Positions 37,636 to 52,049 of a stretch of DNA of 64,000 bases are shown here, one piece after another; position 1 is the first letter of the stretch; each line of letters opens with the position of its first letter. The notes beneath the pieces were generated by a model. It was not told the DNA's origin. It saw only the letters and a list, made by a program, of their open reading frames with translations, and made no database searches. Both the position numbers and the translations under genes were made by a program. This DNA is from Eledone cirrhosa. Its lineage: Eukaryota. The stretch covers positions 20,832,001-20,896,000 of the forward strand of contig OZ024756.1 of the NCBI GenBank assembly GCA_964016885.1, in the 5' to 3' direction.

Positions 37636-37802
37636 CCGTATTTCCCGGCGTTGAAGACACTACTTTTTCCCTAAAATAAGTCTAAAAAATCTACCATGCG
37701 TCCTGGAGGCCGAAGGTTATTTATTATTTTTTTTCAAATTTTTGGTTGTCAAAATTAGGGTGCGTCCTCGAGGACGAAGCGTCTTCGGCGCCGGGAAATA
37801 CG
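37636..37802. mobile_element. pogo/Tc-type MITE
   Basis: TA-CCGTATTTCCCGGCG...GAAGAC / GTCTTC..CGCCGGGAAATACG-TTA inverted termini. Confidence 0.75.
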
Positions 37803-37880
37803 TTATATATTTCAATGGCCTTTGGTGAACCACCAATTTCAATGTCTATCTATCTATCTATCTATCTATATACAGTAATT

Positions 37881-38733
37881 CCTCACCGACCCCCAACCGG
37901 TGTGGGCACCGTTTGTGAGACAGGCTTTCCCACAGCTCGTCTCGCTAACGGAGCTGCAGTCCTGGGTGAAGAAAAGACCGAAAACGATGGGCGCCTGGCA
38001 CATTGAATGCGCTCAGGCGCTCACAGTCCTCTGGCAAGCGGGCGCAGCAATCAGTGGAGACTCCACTTCGACATTCTATAGAGGGATTGTACGTTACAAG
38101 GGCGACGACGTGCTCGGAGAGACTCTGGGCGTCGAAGACGATGAGCTCACCAGTATGTTTGGTAGGACTTTCCGCCCGGGACCTATGGACAACTTCCAGA
38201 GTTGACTGCCGAGTCCATAGTAAGGATCAAACCGCCAGACTCTTTCAAAAACGAAAGAGACGGTTTTCCTCTGTACGGTGGCTATGGTGAAAGAAGTTAT
38301 ATGGTGGACGAGGTTGAGAGGACTGAGGACAGATGCCTTTCTCTCCGGACAACAATTGATTCCATTCTTTAAGTATCACTTTAGAAGGAGAATCAGGGTG
38401 GAGAGAGAGGCACTGCACCCCAGTAAATTTACTGAAAGGTGGGTGAATGAAGCGAAAATGGCCCGAGTGATTGGGCCTTCTCTGTTTATAAGCCTGTAGG
38501 TTGAGGAAGAGAGCAAAAGGAAGAAAGGAGCACTTGCACAACACGCTCCTTGAGTTGAGGGTTGTTCTATCGACGGGGTATTAAACAACCCATTTGTGGC
38601 GCCTCCCCCCTATTGGGGATTTCGATTGTTGAAATTGTTTGTTTTTATATTTTTTACACGACTGTATGTAAAATCCCCGGCATGTCTTTGTATTGTCCCC
38701 TTTCTTGTTGCGCCCTTGTGGCTAATAAAGAAA
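37881..38733 (+). mobile_element. 5'-truncated, internally deleted Tx1-family LINE copy with a TSD of about 28 bp
   Basis: WAPFVRQAFPQLVSLTELQSWVKKRP..GETLGV..PGPMDNFQ matches ORF2 of the element at 1-5538. It also supplies the C-terminus and 3' UTR ending AATAAAGAAA. TCTATCTATCTATCTATATACAGTAATT flanks both ends. Confidence 0.9.
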
Positions 38734-38752
38734 TCTATCTATCTATCTATAT

Positions 38753-39306
38753 ACAGTAATTTCCCGCTATATCGCGGTTCACTTTTCGCGGTTATGCTGC
38801 TGCGGGGGATTTTTCTTTGGAACGTACCTAATTTCCTATTACGGTAATCCTCGCTACATCGCGGATTTTTCGTTAGAACATATCTATTTTCTAATCGCAG
38901 TACATACAACATCATTTTTATACATACTATAAAAAATGTTTTTATTTTTCATTCCATTTCTATTTTACTGATTGTGTTTTTATCTAACCTACTATAAACC
39001 TTTCATAGATTGACAGGAGATGTGCAGTGTATTACCAAGCGGTTAACGTCGCTAGTGATATTCGTCATTGGTAACTAGTGGTACGATGGTTGGTGGTAGT
39101 TTCTATACGATCGTTACTGGCTGTTTTGGGTGTTTAAATACAAAAGAGTGTCTTAATGAGTTTATATGTACTTAAAGCGTGTAGGAGAGGTCTTTTAATG
39201 CTTAAACAATGAAAACAATGGTTGTCTTTATGGTCTTTCTATATCGTGGATTTTCATTTATCGCGGTTGGCTGTAAAACGTACCCCCCGCGATAAACGGG
39301 GGATTA

Positions 39307-39309
<3 letters not shown>
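38753..39309. mobile_element. Tigger/pogo-like MITE
   Basis: TA-CAGTAATTTCCCGCTATATCGCGG / CCGCGATAAACGGGGGATTACTG-TA. Confidence 0.8.
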
Positions 39310-39374
<65 letters not shown>

Positions 39375-39537
39375 TTATTTATTTATGTATCGTAGCAAAT
39401 TCTTTTTCAGTCTTTAAGCGTCTTCACCTTATTTTATAAGCTATTTTATACACACACACACATGTGTATATTTGTGTACATGTTTGGGTGTGTATATATA
39501 AATAGATATGGAGAGAGACATACTGACAGGCAGACAG

Positions 39538-39578
<41 letters not shown>

Positions 39579-40276
39579 TAGATAAATAGATATAGATATA
39601 GAGGTAGCTGTGTAACAGTGAAAATTAACTTATAAACATAGCTGTCTACTTAATATAATAAATATTAATCTAGTGAAGTGTTGCGTTGTGTTGTCTGTTA
39701 TATATTTCATCCCTCGGTCGTTGAACTGGAAAATATCATTCTAAACATGTGAAGGCATTTGTTTATGATGACACAACTGTTACAAGGTCTTTCGTTCTAG
39801 CTTCGCTAACACTCTGAAGTAGATTTTAGATGTTGAAATACATCGCATGCTTCTCTCTATGTATTTGTCTGCTGTACCTGCGCATGCGTGCATTGGTTTC
39901 ATGCATATGTACATACGTACTTACGTATGTATGTATGTATGTATGTATGTATGTATGCATGCATGTATGTATGTATGTATGTATGTATGTATGTATGTAT
40001 GTATGTATGTATGTATGTATGTACGTACGTACGTACGTACGTATGTATGTATGTATGTATGTATGTATGTATGTATGTATGTATGTATGTATGTATGTTA
40101 TCTCTTTATCTTAATTTCGAGTATATATTTTGACTGGCCACCTTCCTGGTGGCAAGGTTGTAAAAGAAAAGAAATTGTCATCCCTTGAATCGCCAGAATG
40201 TTTTGCAAATTTTGAAGGTGCCAGCTATCGCAGCCATTTGTAGACTATGAATTAGGGAGCTGCGCTCTTTGTCCGC

Positions 40277-40307
<31 letters not shown>

Positions 40308-40484
40308 TGTATGTATGTATGTATGTATGTATGTATGTATGTATGTATGTATTTATGTATGTACGTATGCATGTATGTATATATGTACGTATGTATGTAT
40401 ATATGTATGCATGTATGTATGTATGTATGTATGTATGTATGTATGTATGTATGTATGTATGTATGTATGTATGTATGTATGTAT

Positions 40485-40680
40485 GTCTCTCTGCATTTGT
40501 CGTCACGTGGTACCATGGGCCCTGCACTGTGTCAATAATTGTCACAAGTGTAGTGTTTGTACCAGAGTTTTCAAGTCGCTGGCTGGACTAAAAAGTCACA
40601 CTCGTTCAGCCCATCGGTAGGGGTTCTCCTACATGGATATAAAGTAGTGGCTGTACTCGAAAACGAGTTGGCAGCCACCA
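40485..40680 (+). mobile_element. 3' end of the same RTE-derived family as 29302, in (ATGT)n
   Basis: Near-identical to 29715-29905 and flanked by (ATGT)n. Confidence 0.8.
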
Positions 40681-40762
40681 TGTATGTATGTATGTATGTA
40701 TGTATGTATGTATGTATGTATGTATGTATGTATGTATGTATGTATGTATGCATGCAAGCATT

Positions 40763-40798
<36 letters not shown>

Positions 40799-40868
40799 AA
40801 GTTAAGGGATTGTGTACAACGTATGTATGTACATATGGATATATATATATATGTGTATGTACTTATGG

Positions 40869-40902
<34 letters not shown>

Positions 40903-41147
40903 CAATATATTAATAAATGGAAACTATATTTATAAAACCATATTTATTTTATTATATATATTTCAAGGGCAACCAAGGCAAATTATGGTGCGCTTTCATC
41001 AGATAAAATACAGATTTGTTTTATAAATAAATATTGACATACCCGGAAAAAAGACAACCTTAACGGTTGGAGCTTCCTGGATAGTCATATATCAGTTATA
41101 AACATTTTAAAGCTTGTTGAATCCCAACAAATTAAATCTAACCTCTG

Positions 41148-41277
<130 letters not shown>

Positions 41278-41319
41278 GTATAGGATCATGGTTTCAAAGA
41301 ATCATCATTAATTTTATGC

Positions 41320-41410
41320 AGGTGTGACGCACGTTTCGCGATTGATGTGCCCAAAGTACGGTCCGTATCGTTGGGCTCAACTCTGGAATGAATAGCTCAT
41401 CAGACTCGTG
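41320..41410 (-). ncRNA. Candidate hammerhead motif with a long stem II (homologue of the 18.3 kb motif)
   Basis: The - strand reads GT-CTGATGA(41403-41397)-GCTATTCAT...GCCCAACGATACGGACCGTACTTTGGGC...ATCAATCGC-GAAA-C-GTGC-GTC-AC. Stem I is only about 2 bp. Confidence 0.55.
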
Positions 41411-41819
41411 TATCCATTAATGACGGGAGATAGCGAATGGTCCCGTCATTAATGGATAAAGAGTTGTGTTCGTAGATTACATGATTTTCACTCTGGTGGT
41501 ATTCTATTCCCTATAATTGAACACATATATCTTTGTGTACTTTTCTCTATATACTGTTTTATAAAGAGCTCAGTGTCTATTCCTTTAGCTCATTAAATTA
41601 TAGGGGATTAATGTGAGTCATTAACTCCATTTTAGTTCTTTCGTTACTTTGGTATTGGATGGTTGGGTTTTGCCTACCGCAATTTTCAATTTGTCAAGCT
41701 TTTTAAACGTATGTTATTACTCTAAGGACCTACCTTTATTGAGTGCTTTGCTACTCATTCCTTATTGTCTGTCGACTTTGCTTTGCCACAGCCAAAGCTT
41801 CGATTTTACTAAGCTTCCA

Positions 41820-41904
<85 letters not shown>

Positions 41905-41951
41905 TATCCTTTTACTTTTACTTTTCTGTCTTTTTTTCTTCCACTCTGTAG

Positions 41952-42222
41952 ACTGAAACGGTAACTCCGTCGCCACTGAAACTGCGCTCAAGTGTCAGCC
42001 AGGGACCAGAAGATATCTATGAATCTCGTCTCATTCTTGACTCCCCGGACGGTGGTTGGGGTTGGATGGTATGCCTGGGTGTTTTCACCATCAACTTCAT
42101 CGTTGGTGGAACTATCATGTCATTCGGTCTGATTTTAATCTCATTGTTGGACTATTTTGGAGAGAGTCGCTCTAAAACATCCTGGGTTGGTTCAGTGACT
42201 GATGGTATGTCGCTATTATCAG
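41952..42222 (+). CDS. SLC16/monocarboxylate transporter family (MFS) gene, coding exon A (TM1-TM2)
   Basis: Acceptor ctgtag| and donor G|gtaagt. Translation TETVTPSPLK..DSPDGGWGWMVCLGVF..TSWVGS includes the DGGWGW SLC16 TM1 signature. Confidence 0.93.
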
Positions 42223-42334
42223 GTAAGTCCTTTTTCTTCTTCTTCTTCTTCTTCTTCTTCTTCTTCTTCTTCTTCTTCTTCTTCTTCTTCTTCTTCTTCT
42301 TCTTCTTCTTCTTCTTCTTCTTCTTCTTCTTCGT

Positions 42335-42690
42335 CGTCAGAAGCAACCGCATCCAATTGATCCAGCAGGATCCCCAAGCGAGACCAGCCAAACTCATGGA
42401 TGTTATCCAACCATCTTACTCGAAGTCTACCCATTGGGTCTCCTGTCGGTTGGTTATGCCCATAAAATATGTTGAGCGATTCTTTCCTAAAACATCTGCC
42501 TGTCTGTAATATCGGAGCTGTGATATTCCAATTCGGAGAAGTAGAGGCTCTACCTGGAGCGATTATCTGATCTCCGAGCTACGCACTCTATCAAGCAACA
42601 CTATTCCAAAGACCCTTCCAAGAAACGCCATTTCGGCCGCTTGTATTGGTGATCGTATTCTTTCGCTCATTACCCAAGATTCATGACCAT
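42335..42690 (-). mobile_element. RTE-clade LINE 3' fragment (related pieces at about 36530-36795, 51490-51600, 61255-61536 and 62953-63110)
   Basis: The - strand gives YGHESWVMSERIRSPIQAAEMAFLGRV..LLDRVRSSEIR and GRLRVRWLDNI. A (GAA)n-type tail lies at 42233-42332. Confidence 0.8.
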
Positions 42691-43616
42691 AGAAAATAGC
42701 TCTGCTAGACAGCTCATAAGCTACACACCGTCCAGAAAATAGCTCTGCTAGACAGATCATAAGCTACACACCGTCCAGAAAATAGCTCTGCTAGTCAGCT
42801 CATAAGCTACACACAGTCCAGAAAATAGCTCTGCTAGACAGCTCATAAGCTACACACAGTCCAGAAAATAGCTCTGCTAGACAGCTCATAAGCTACACAC
42901 AGTCCAGAAAATAGCTCTGCTAGACAGCTCATAACCTAAACACAGTCCATAGGATATCTCTGCTAGACAGCTCATAACCTAAACACAGTCCATAAGATAT
43001 CTCTGCTAGACAGCTCATAAGCTACACACAGTCCAGAAAATAGCTCTGCTAGACAGCTCATAAGCTACACACAGTCCAGAAAATAGCTCTGCTAGACAGC
43101 TCATAACCTAAACACAGTCCATAAGATATCTCTGCTAGACAGCTCATAACCTAAACACAGTCCATAAGATATCTCTGCTAGACAGCTCATAAGCTACACA
43201 CAGTCCAGAAAATAGCTCTGCTAGACAGCTCATAAGCTACACACAGTCCAGAAAATAGCTCTGCTAGACAGCTCATAAGCTACACAGTCCAGAAAATAGC
43301 TCTGCTAGACAGCTCATAAGCTACACACAGTCCAGAAAATATCTCTGCTAGACAGCTCATAACCTAAACACAGTCCATAAGATATCTCTGCTAGACAGCT
43401 CATAAGCTACACACAGCCCAGAAAATAGTTTTGCTAGACAGCTCATGACCTAAACACAGTCAATAAGATATCTCTGCTAGACAGCTCATAAGCTACTCAC
43501 AGTCCAGAAAATAGCTCTGCTAGACAGCTCATAAGCTACTCACAGTACAGAAAATAGCTCTGCTAGACAGTTCATAAGCTACACACAGCCCAGAAAATAG
43601 TTTTGCTAGACAGCTC
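42691..43616. repeat. 43-bp minisatellite, about 21 copies
   Basis: Unit AGAAAATAGCTCTGCTAGACAGCTCATAAGCTACACACAGTCC. Confidence 0.95.
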
Positions 43617-43767
43617 AAATCATACACAATAACATTATTCACACAACATATCCTCTGTAGGATCACCAACCAATATTAAATCATAACAACAGTAACATTG
43701 CTATACTATAGAGAACTACAGAATATTTCTACATCAACTCTAGATATTATTTTATGTCTCCTAACAG

Positions 43768-43911
43768 GTCCATTTGTCAGCCTATTATTACAACGGTTCA
43801 CACATCGGGAAGTTGTAATATTCGGAACAATTTTAGCAGCGTTCGGCTTTATAATTAGTATTTGGATGCCAAATATTGACTTTCTCATCTTCACATATGG
43901 ATTCATTGCAG
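43768..43911 (+). CDS. SLC16-family gene exon B
   Basis: aacag| and G|gtaagt, phase 1-1. Translation GPFVSLLLQRFTHREVVIFG..IFTYGFIAG. Confidence 0.93.
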
Positions 43912-44306
43912 GTAAGTCTTACTGATTTTCTTGTTTATTCAATCAATAAATAAATCAATAGGCTGCACTGCTTGCACGGATTCCCTTGACTCTCTCTCAT
44001 CGTCTAATTATATTCGGCAAGTCAGAGGAATTGCAGCTTATGTCGTCACAAATATGCTTGTTATAGATCTTGGATTGTCGTCCTCTGCGAGATCTTCCTT
44101 TATATAATTGTTTCTACTTTAGGCACAAGGCCAGCAATTACCCAGTGCATTACTGTTACTTTATTTTATCGACCCCGTAAGGATGAAAGGCAAAGTCAAT
44201 CTCGGCGGGATTTGAACTCAGATCGTAAAGGGACGTAACTATGCTGGAAAGCATGGCGTCCGACCCTCTACCGATACTGCCAATCCACTGCCCTTTATAT
44301 AATATA

Positions 44307-45386
44307 CTAGCAGTAAAGCCCGGCGTTGCTCGGGGTCGCTCAGTAGCTGTGTTAAAGTTACAATGTTAAGTTTCTTTCTTGGCTTAAAAACTGTAGTGTC
44401 TACTGTGCAGACTTGCATGTGGTGTTTTTGATTAATATTCCCTCAACCAACAATATGCCTTATGAAGTTAAGAAAACATAACGATAACCCGAATGTTATA
44501 ACAAAAGAGGATGCTGGGGATAGAAACTGCACTGGTTATTTATTAACAAAGATCGAAAATGTAAACACTGCAACGCAGAGAAAAACGTTAGCGTAACCAA
44601 ATTATCAGTTATGTCTGTCTGCACGCCTATATCACCTCTCTGCACGACTGTCTGTCTGCACGCCTATATCACCTCTCTGCACGACTGTCTGTCTGCACGC
44701 CTATATCACCTCTCTGCACGACTGTCTGTCTGCACGCGTATATCACCTCTCTGCACGACTGTCTGTCTGCACGACTGTCTGTCTGCACGCCTAACGACAA
44801 AATATTTGCTTGTTTTACGTAGTCTTTAAATAGACTTGTTTTCAAGTAAAAATATTGTTTTAAAATGCTTTTAAATGGAAATGAAGCAAAACGGGGTCGC
44901 TCAGTAGCTGTGTTAAAGTTACAATGTTAAGTTTCTTTTTTGGCTTAAAAACTGTAGTGTCTACTGTGCAGACTTGCATGTGGTGTTTTTGATTAATATT
45001 CCCTCAACCAACAATATGCCTTATGAAGTTAAGAAAACATAACGATAACCCGAATGTTATAACAAAAGAGGATGCTGGGGATAAAAACTGCACTGGTTAT
45101 TTATTAACAAAGACTGAGAAAGCCAGCGTAATTTTTTACGTAAGACGCTCAATGTAAACAGAACAAAGGGAAATAACTGATAACTTACGCTCAAAAATCG
45201 ATACATTATATTCGATTTCGTCACATAGGGTGGGTCAATTTGAAATATTTTTTTCCCGATGTCTTCGCTAGGGCTCAATGTACAAGTATAGCAATTTCGG
45301 TGCAATTCCGTGAGAGATTCTAAGAGGAGATGTGTGCCAAAAATCGATAGACAGACAGACAACCACAGTTTTATATATATATAAGA
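44307..45386 (-). mobile_element. Non-autonomous Helitron
   Basis: The - strand starts A|TCTTATATAT..(GTCT)n and ends with hairpin CCCGAGCAACGCCGGG then CTAG|T. It has an internal direct duplication of about 220 bp and a 36-bp tandem repeat at about 44612-44790. Confidence 0.8.
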
Positions 45387-45399
45387 TATATTTTATATA

Positions 45400-46186
45400 T
45401 ATATATATATATATATGAACCTAAAACTAAAAAAACTACCAAACCGATCTTGATGAAACTTGACACGTGTATGGGGCTCATGCCCATTTGATTTCTTACG
45501 TATATTTCATTTTAATCAAAGGGTTCCTCGGAGGTTCGAACCCCCGTTGAAAACACCCACTGAAAATCTTTTCCTTTCAATTTATATGAAATGTAAGCCA
45601 TAGGTAAATGACAAGATATGATGCCTATTCACAAAATTTCAGCAAATTTCAATAATATTAAGACACCCTAATGGGGGTTAAAGCCCCTATAGTAAAAATT
45701 TTGTCCAATAAATGGAACAAGATTTCACGAACTCCTCCTATGGTTTTGGAGATAAACCCCCATAACTATATATATTCTGAAACTACATTGCCCAGGGTAC
45801 TTGGATAAGTATATTTCATTTTAATTAAAGGGTTGGTTCCCCGGAGGCACAAAACCCTCGCTGAAAATGTTTTCCCCTCGATTTATATGAAATTTAAACC
45901 ATAGGTAAATGACAAGATATGATGCCTAATCACAAAAGTTTTGAATTGATATTTTGAAAATTGATAATTACAAGAAACAAGATAAGAATAAGTTTTAATA
46001 ATATAATTTTCATTTGATATATTACAAAAAATAATGTTTTCAAATTTTTCATGCATTAAATTTTACATTGAGTAATATTGAAATGCAGAGTTTTTCTCCA
46101 TAAATTATATCGCTGATTTAAAATCAATCATCATTTTCTTATTAAAAAAATGTGTGAAACGCAACAAGGCGCGGGTAATTTGGCTA

Positions 46187-46187
<1 letters not shown>
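45400..46187 (+). mobile_element. Non-autonomous Helitron-like element, head-to-head with the previous one
   Basis: AAACTACCAAACCGATCTTGATGAAACTTG 5' subterminal motif and 3' end GCGCGGGTAATTTGG-CTAG|T. The 5' boundary is lost in (TA)n. Confidence 0.65.
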
Positions 46188-46256
<69 letters not shown>

Positions 46257-46333
46257 TAGCCAAATTACCCGCGCCTTGCTGCGTTATATATATTTATATA
46301 TATTATATATATATATCATAAATATATATATTA

Positions 46334-46412
<79 letters not shown>

Positions 46413-46622
46413 TATATCTATTATATATATATAATATATATAATATATATATTTATGATATATATATATAATATATATAAATATATATATATATATTATA
46501 TATAGTACATAATATGTATATATATATATACATATATATATATACATATATATATATATTTTATATTATATAGATTATATATATATAATATATAATATAT
46601 ATATATATAATATATAATATAT

Positions 46623-46689
<67 letters not shown>

Positions 46690-46691
<2 letters not shown>

Positions 46692-46892
46692 CGAAGGAAA
46701 TGTGGTAAGGAACCAGGTGGACCATAACGCACCAAAGTACTCAATACTTAGGGAAGTAGAGTGGGTAATAGGAACGAGTAGGACCCCGACGGCTGAGCTC
46801 AAGCCGTTTCGACGGCTAACTCTGGACGGCTAATTCTGTCCAGAATTAGCCGGCGAAACGGCTTGAGCTCAGCCGTCGGGGACCTACTCGTT

Positions 46893-46897
<5 letters not shown>
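46690..46897 (-). mobile_element. Penelope-like insert in (TA)n with a 60-bp-arm fold-back and the 3' half of a hammerhead
   Basis: Arms at 46768-46827 and 46838-46897, containing GAAA-CGGCT-TGAGCTC-AGCCG-TC-GGGG. It shares GTATTGAGTAC with the 12.6 kb insert. Confidence 0.6.
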
Positions 46898-46988
<91 letters not shown>

Positions 46989-47097
46989 AATATATATATA
47001 TACATATAGATATAATATACATATATTATATATATTATATAATTATATATATAATATATATATATATACACACATATATATAATATATATATATAAC

Positions 47098-47154
<57 letters not shown>

Positions 47155-47171
47155 TATATTATATATGTATG

Positions 47172-47260
<89 letters not shown>

Positions 47261-47459
47261 TAGATATGTCATATAAATATATTATATATATATTATATAT
47301 AATATATATAATATATATACATATATATAATATATATATACATACATATATATAATATATATACATATATATAATATATATATACATACATATATATATA
47401 TACATATATATTATATATATATATACGTATATATATATATTATATATATATATTATATA

Positions 47460-47506
<47 letters not shown>

Positions 47507-47555
47507 TATATATATATATGTGTGTATGTATATACATATATATATATATATATTA

Positions 47556-47626
<71 letters not shown>

Positions 47627-47814
47627 GTATATATATATATATTATATATGTTATATATATATAATTGTTTCTACTTTAGGCACAAGGCCACCAAATTACC
47701 CAGTACATTACTGGTACTTTATTTTATCGACCCCGTAAGGATGAAAGGCAAAGTTAACCTCGGCGAATTGAAAAGAACAAACAAACGCAGGAGTCAATTA
47801 GACACATACACGCA

Positions 47815-47886
<72 letters not shown>

Positions 47887-48570
47887 TACGCACACACATA
47901 CACACGGCACAGTTTATATACCTGTCTGTGTGTGTATATTCGCACCAATAAGTTAAAAAGAATAAAAAATGAGGTGTGTGTGTGGTGGTGCTGGTGGGGG
48001 GGGGGGGGGGGGGGGGGGCAATATATGAAACTGCAATACATTCTTTGTTCACCTCCATTTTTTTTTTTTTATTTCTTATTTCTTATTCTTTACTCGAATT
48101 TCTTGTGAAATGAAAATCACTGTCGGCTGAACCTTAGAAGATCAACTCACGCCCTTTTAATCAATTAAACACAACCGTCCATATCTACGGCTGTCAGACA
48201 CGCACATACCGTCTGGTGTTTCCTTACGTCCCTAGACGTTATGAAAGTCCCGCCCATGTACGCTTCACCTGTCATACAGTCCTATCTCGATAAAATCAGA
48301 AGTGGAGCCTGGCGTAATAGTCTACATTATAGATGATGGTGTCCCGTTGTGGTCACAAGGTATATATATATATATATATATTTTATATGGATAAATATAT
48401 ATATAGATAATATATATAATATAATATATAAGATCAAAAGATCTTTTGATCTTATATATTATGTATACTCCAGTCCTACAAACTGTAGAGTGCTTCTTAT
48501 CCGATATCTGCATTGCTTTATTGTACTACAATAAAACTCACCTCCTACATTATAATATATATATATATAT

Positions 48571-48658
<88 letters not shown>

Positions 48659-48750
48659 CATATATCTATATATCTATATATTATATATATATATATGTTT
48701 ATATATATATATATCATATATAAATACATATATATTATATATATACATAT

Positions 48751-48790
<40 letters not shown>

Positions 48791-48805
48791 TTATTATATA
48801 TATGT

Positions 48806-48923
<118 letters not shown>

Positions 48924-50189
48924 TATAAACATATACATACATATATATGCATGTATGTATGTGCGTGTTCGTGTGTGTCTGAACGTGTAAGGAGAATGAA
49001 AAGAAAGAAAAGAAAGAAAAGAAAGAAAAGAAAGAAAAGAAAGAAAAAAAAAGAAAAGAAAAGAAAGAAATGAGAGATTGAGAGAATGAGAGAAAAAGAG
49101 AAAAATAGAAAGATAGAGAAAGAGAGGGGCTGAGAAATACAGGGTGGGAGCAGAAGTGTTCTCAAAGTACTTTATAAATTTCTACCACACCTTGATATCG
49201 GTATATTTTCAGCTATCAGAATCGACTCTTCTTACTGGTCAGGTTTTTCTGTACTGGTTTGACCGATGGAAAAACAAAAAAAAAAACGTACCAACGAAAG
49301 AGTATTTATTTTCGTGAGATCCACGGAAATACTGGTATCGTTGACTGAAAAAGAAAACAAAACTAAAAACTTTGTTCAGTTTCGGCCAAGATGTTCTATT
49401 CCGTATAAATATATATGTATTTGTGACATCTACATTTCTAATTCAAAGGATCAATTGAAAGGATATATAAAGGTTGATCACGATCATCTTACAAACCCAA
49501 TTGGCTACCCCACTTCTCGAATTTCCGAATTAAAGGGCGTGTGATGATGTTCTTGAGTTCAAACAGTGTTTTTCATTTGACTGGAAATTCGAGTTCTAGA
49601 AAATTGAGATAAAAAGACTCCATTGCAAGTTGATTGCTACTGTCTTAATACTCACACCCAGGATATATTTGTTCCTTTACCGTGACATCGCCCCGACATC
49701 ATGCTTAGTCAGTGTTTTGTGTTACTTATCAGGGTTGCTATCACCATTCTCCAGCCAAATGAAAGGGAACCTCTACGTAATCGCTCTAAATGCTAGAAAT
49801 AGCATCGACATTTCCCTCAAATCATAGCCTACCATCTTAGAAAACAAAGAAAAGGACGCATTTGGATAATGCAGTCTTATATACTCCTTAACAGACTGGA
49901 TAGTCACGGCTGGTATGGCTTTTGTCGTTGGTCTACTCAAGGATCAGTGTTGACATAGGACTAAAGAATAACTACAATAGCAACAATAACGACAACAACA
50001 ACAACGACAACATCAACAACAATAACAACAACAACAACCGTAACCTCTTTAGCCTTCACACAGATTTCATTGCTCCTCCATGCGTTGGATCTTTTGTTTT
50101 CTGGTGTTTAATGAAAGAGCCTCATAGCACGTATGTCCCTCGAAGTACTAGCCACGTACAGAGGTTGGTACATCAACTATACCCTACAG

Positions 50190-50411
50190 CAGGCATGTCA
50201 AACTGAGGGTGCCCCGAGGGTCACATGGGTCACATATTTGTTGTCTGAGGTCCACACACGACAACTAATTGCGCACATTACAACTATCTTTTTAATTTTA
50301 TATTACGAAGATAAAACATGCTCGCGCTGTAAAAACCTTTGTGGGGGCCGCAGGTGTGCTTGTAAAGGGCCGCAGGTGTGCTTGTAAAGGGCCGCATGTT
50401 TGACATGCCTG
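50190..50411. mobile_element. hAT MITE, same family as 16255-16450, opposite orientation
   Basis: TIRs CAGGCATGTCAAAC / GTTTGACATGCCTG. The flanks CCCTACAG / CTCTACAT match at 6 of 8 positions. Confidence 0.85.
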
Positions 50412-50492
50412 CTCTACATTTCCTCCAATATTGGTGGCCTTGTGCCGAGGTTACAAAGTATTCTCCGGAGATATGCATGGAAAGTAAAGAGC

Positions 50493-50539
<47 letters not shown>

Positions 50540-50553
50540 AGAGAGAGATAGAG

Positions 50554-50623
<70 letters not shown>

Positions 50624-52049
50624 GGGAGAGGGAAAAGGGGAAGAGGGAATTAGAAAATTATTCTGAAGAAGAGAAAATGAAAAGGAAAACGAGGGAATGC
50701 GTGAGTGTTTGAAGATTCGTAAGAAAGTGGGGTGTTAAGAGAAATGGGTTAAGAGAAAGTGTGAGATAAAAAAGCGTGGATGTGCTTGTGTTTTAGATAA
50801 AGAGATAGATAGACAGGAAGAAAGAAGGGGTGGACGAAGGAGGGGGATGAGATAAAGCGAGGGAAAGAAATAATTGTGATCATCAGGTGTCGTCTGTTTT
50901 GTAAGTTCAATACCATGGGTCGCTCTAATGTCGTTCATGGTTAACCAAAGATGTGTACATAGTGAGGCCCAAATCCCTTCCATTGTAGCTGATAGGCCAC
51001 GGTGAGATTTGAACTTAGAACAATTCTTCTTCTTCTTCTTCTTCTTCTTCTTCCTGTGAGGAGGGTCGGGGGTGGGGCAGAGTGCTGCATGGCTGGAATG
51101 AAAACACTTGTCCTCTGAAGGAAGCCTGTGCAGTGCACACTACATGTGAATGAAGTTCCACTGAAGCAGGTAGAGAAGTTCAAGTATCTCGGGGCCGTAT
51201 TTACGAGTGAATGAAGGCAGGAGCATTTATTTTTAGGGCTTTTTTTCCCTTTAATAGTGTGTTTTGTTTTTGTATAAACAGCTATGTAAAATAAAATAAC
51301 CATTGGTTTATTACTACAAAAAACAACAACAACAGACAGGCAAAAGCTAAACAAGCTACAACTTAAAACCTCAATTCGGAAATAATTAAAAGACGTATAT
51401 GGTTTTTTTTTAATATTTGCTAGACGGCTCATATCTTACATCTTATGGGGAGCGGGCAGAGTCCTCAAACTCTCATTCAGCTAGTGGGTCGTGTCAGAAA
51501 TCAGTGTCTCCAATTGATCCAACTGGACACCCAAGCGAGACCAATCGAGCTCATGGATGTTATCCAACCATCTTGCTTGGGGTTTACCCCTGGGTTTTCT
51601 GCCTAAAAAACAAAACAAAATGGCGGAACAAATGTCGCGTACCATCTCGTTATGTATTCTAACAAATCCGCCAGTATGCCATTTTAGAAACAAAAAAGCA
51701 AGGAAGCAATCACTCACTAGAGTATTGTTGCATCAAGGAACTAAGAGAAAAAAAAGCTAATTGACAAATATCGATTTTTCTTTACCAATACTAGAAAACT
51801 TTTAAATGCTGTCAGGTGTGGCTGAGTAGTTACTAAGTTCGCTTCATAATCACGAGACTCCGGGTTCGATTCCAACGCATGGGCTCTTAGAGAAGTGTTT
51901 TTACCATAGTCTTGAGTTGGGCCAAGTTTTATGAGTAAAATTTTGTAGACAGAAAATGCATAGAAGCCCATCGGGTGGATTGTACCTGTAATTTAAAGGT
52001 CCAGCCTTGTCGCATATCATGGCGTGCTGATTCTATCCGAGAATGCACA

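Noticed and set aside
42691-43616. 43-bp arrays (also 61537-62895) as CRISPR
   Set aside because: Head-to-tail units with no unique spacers.
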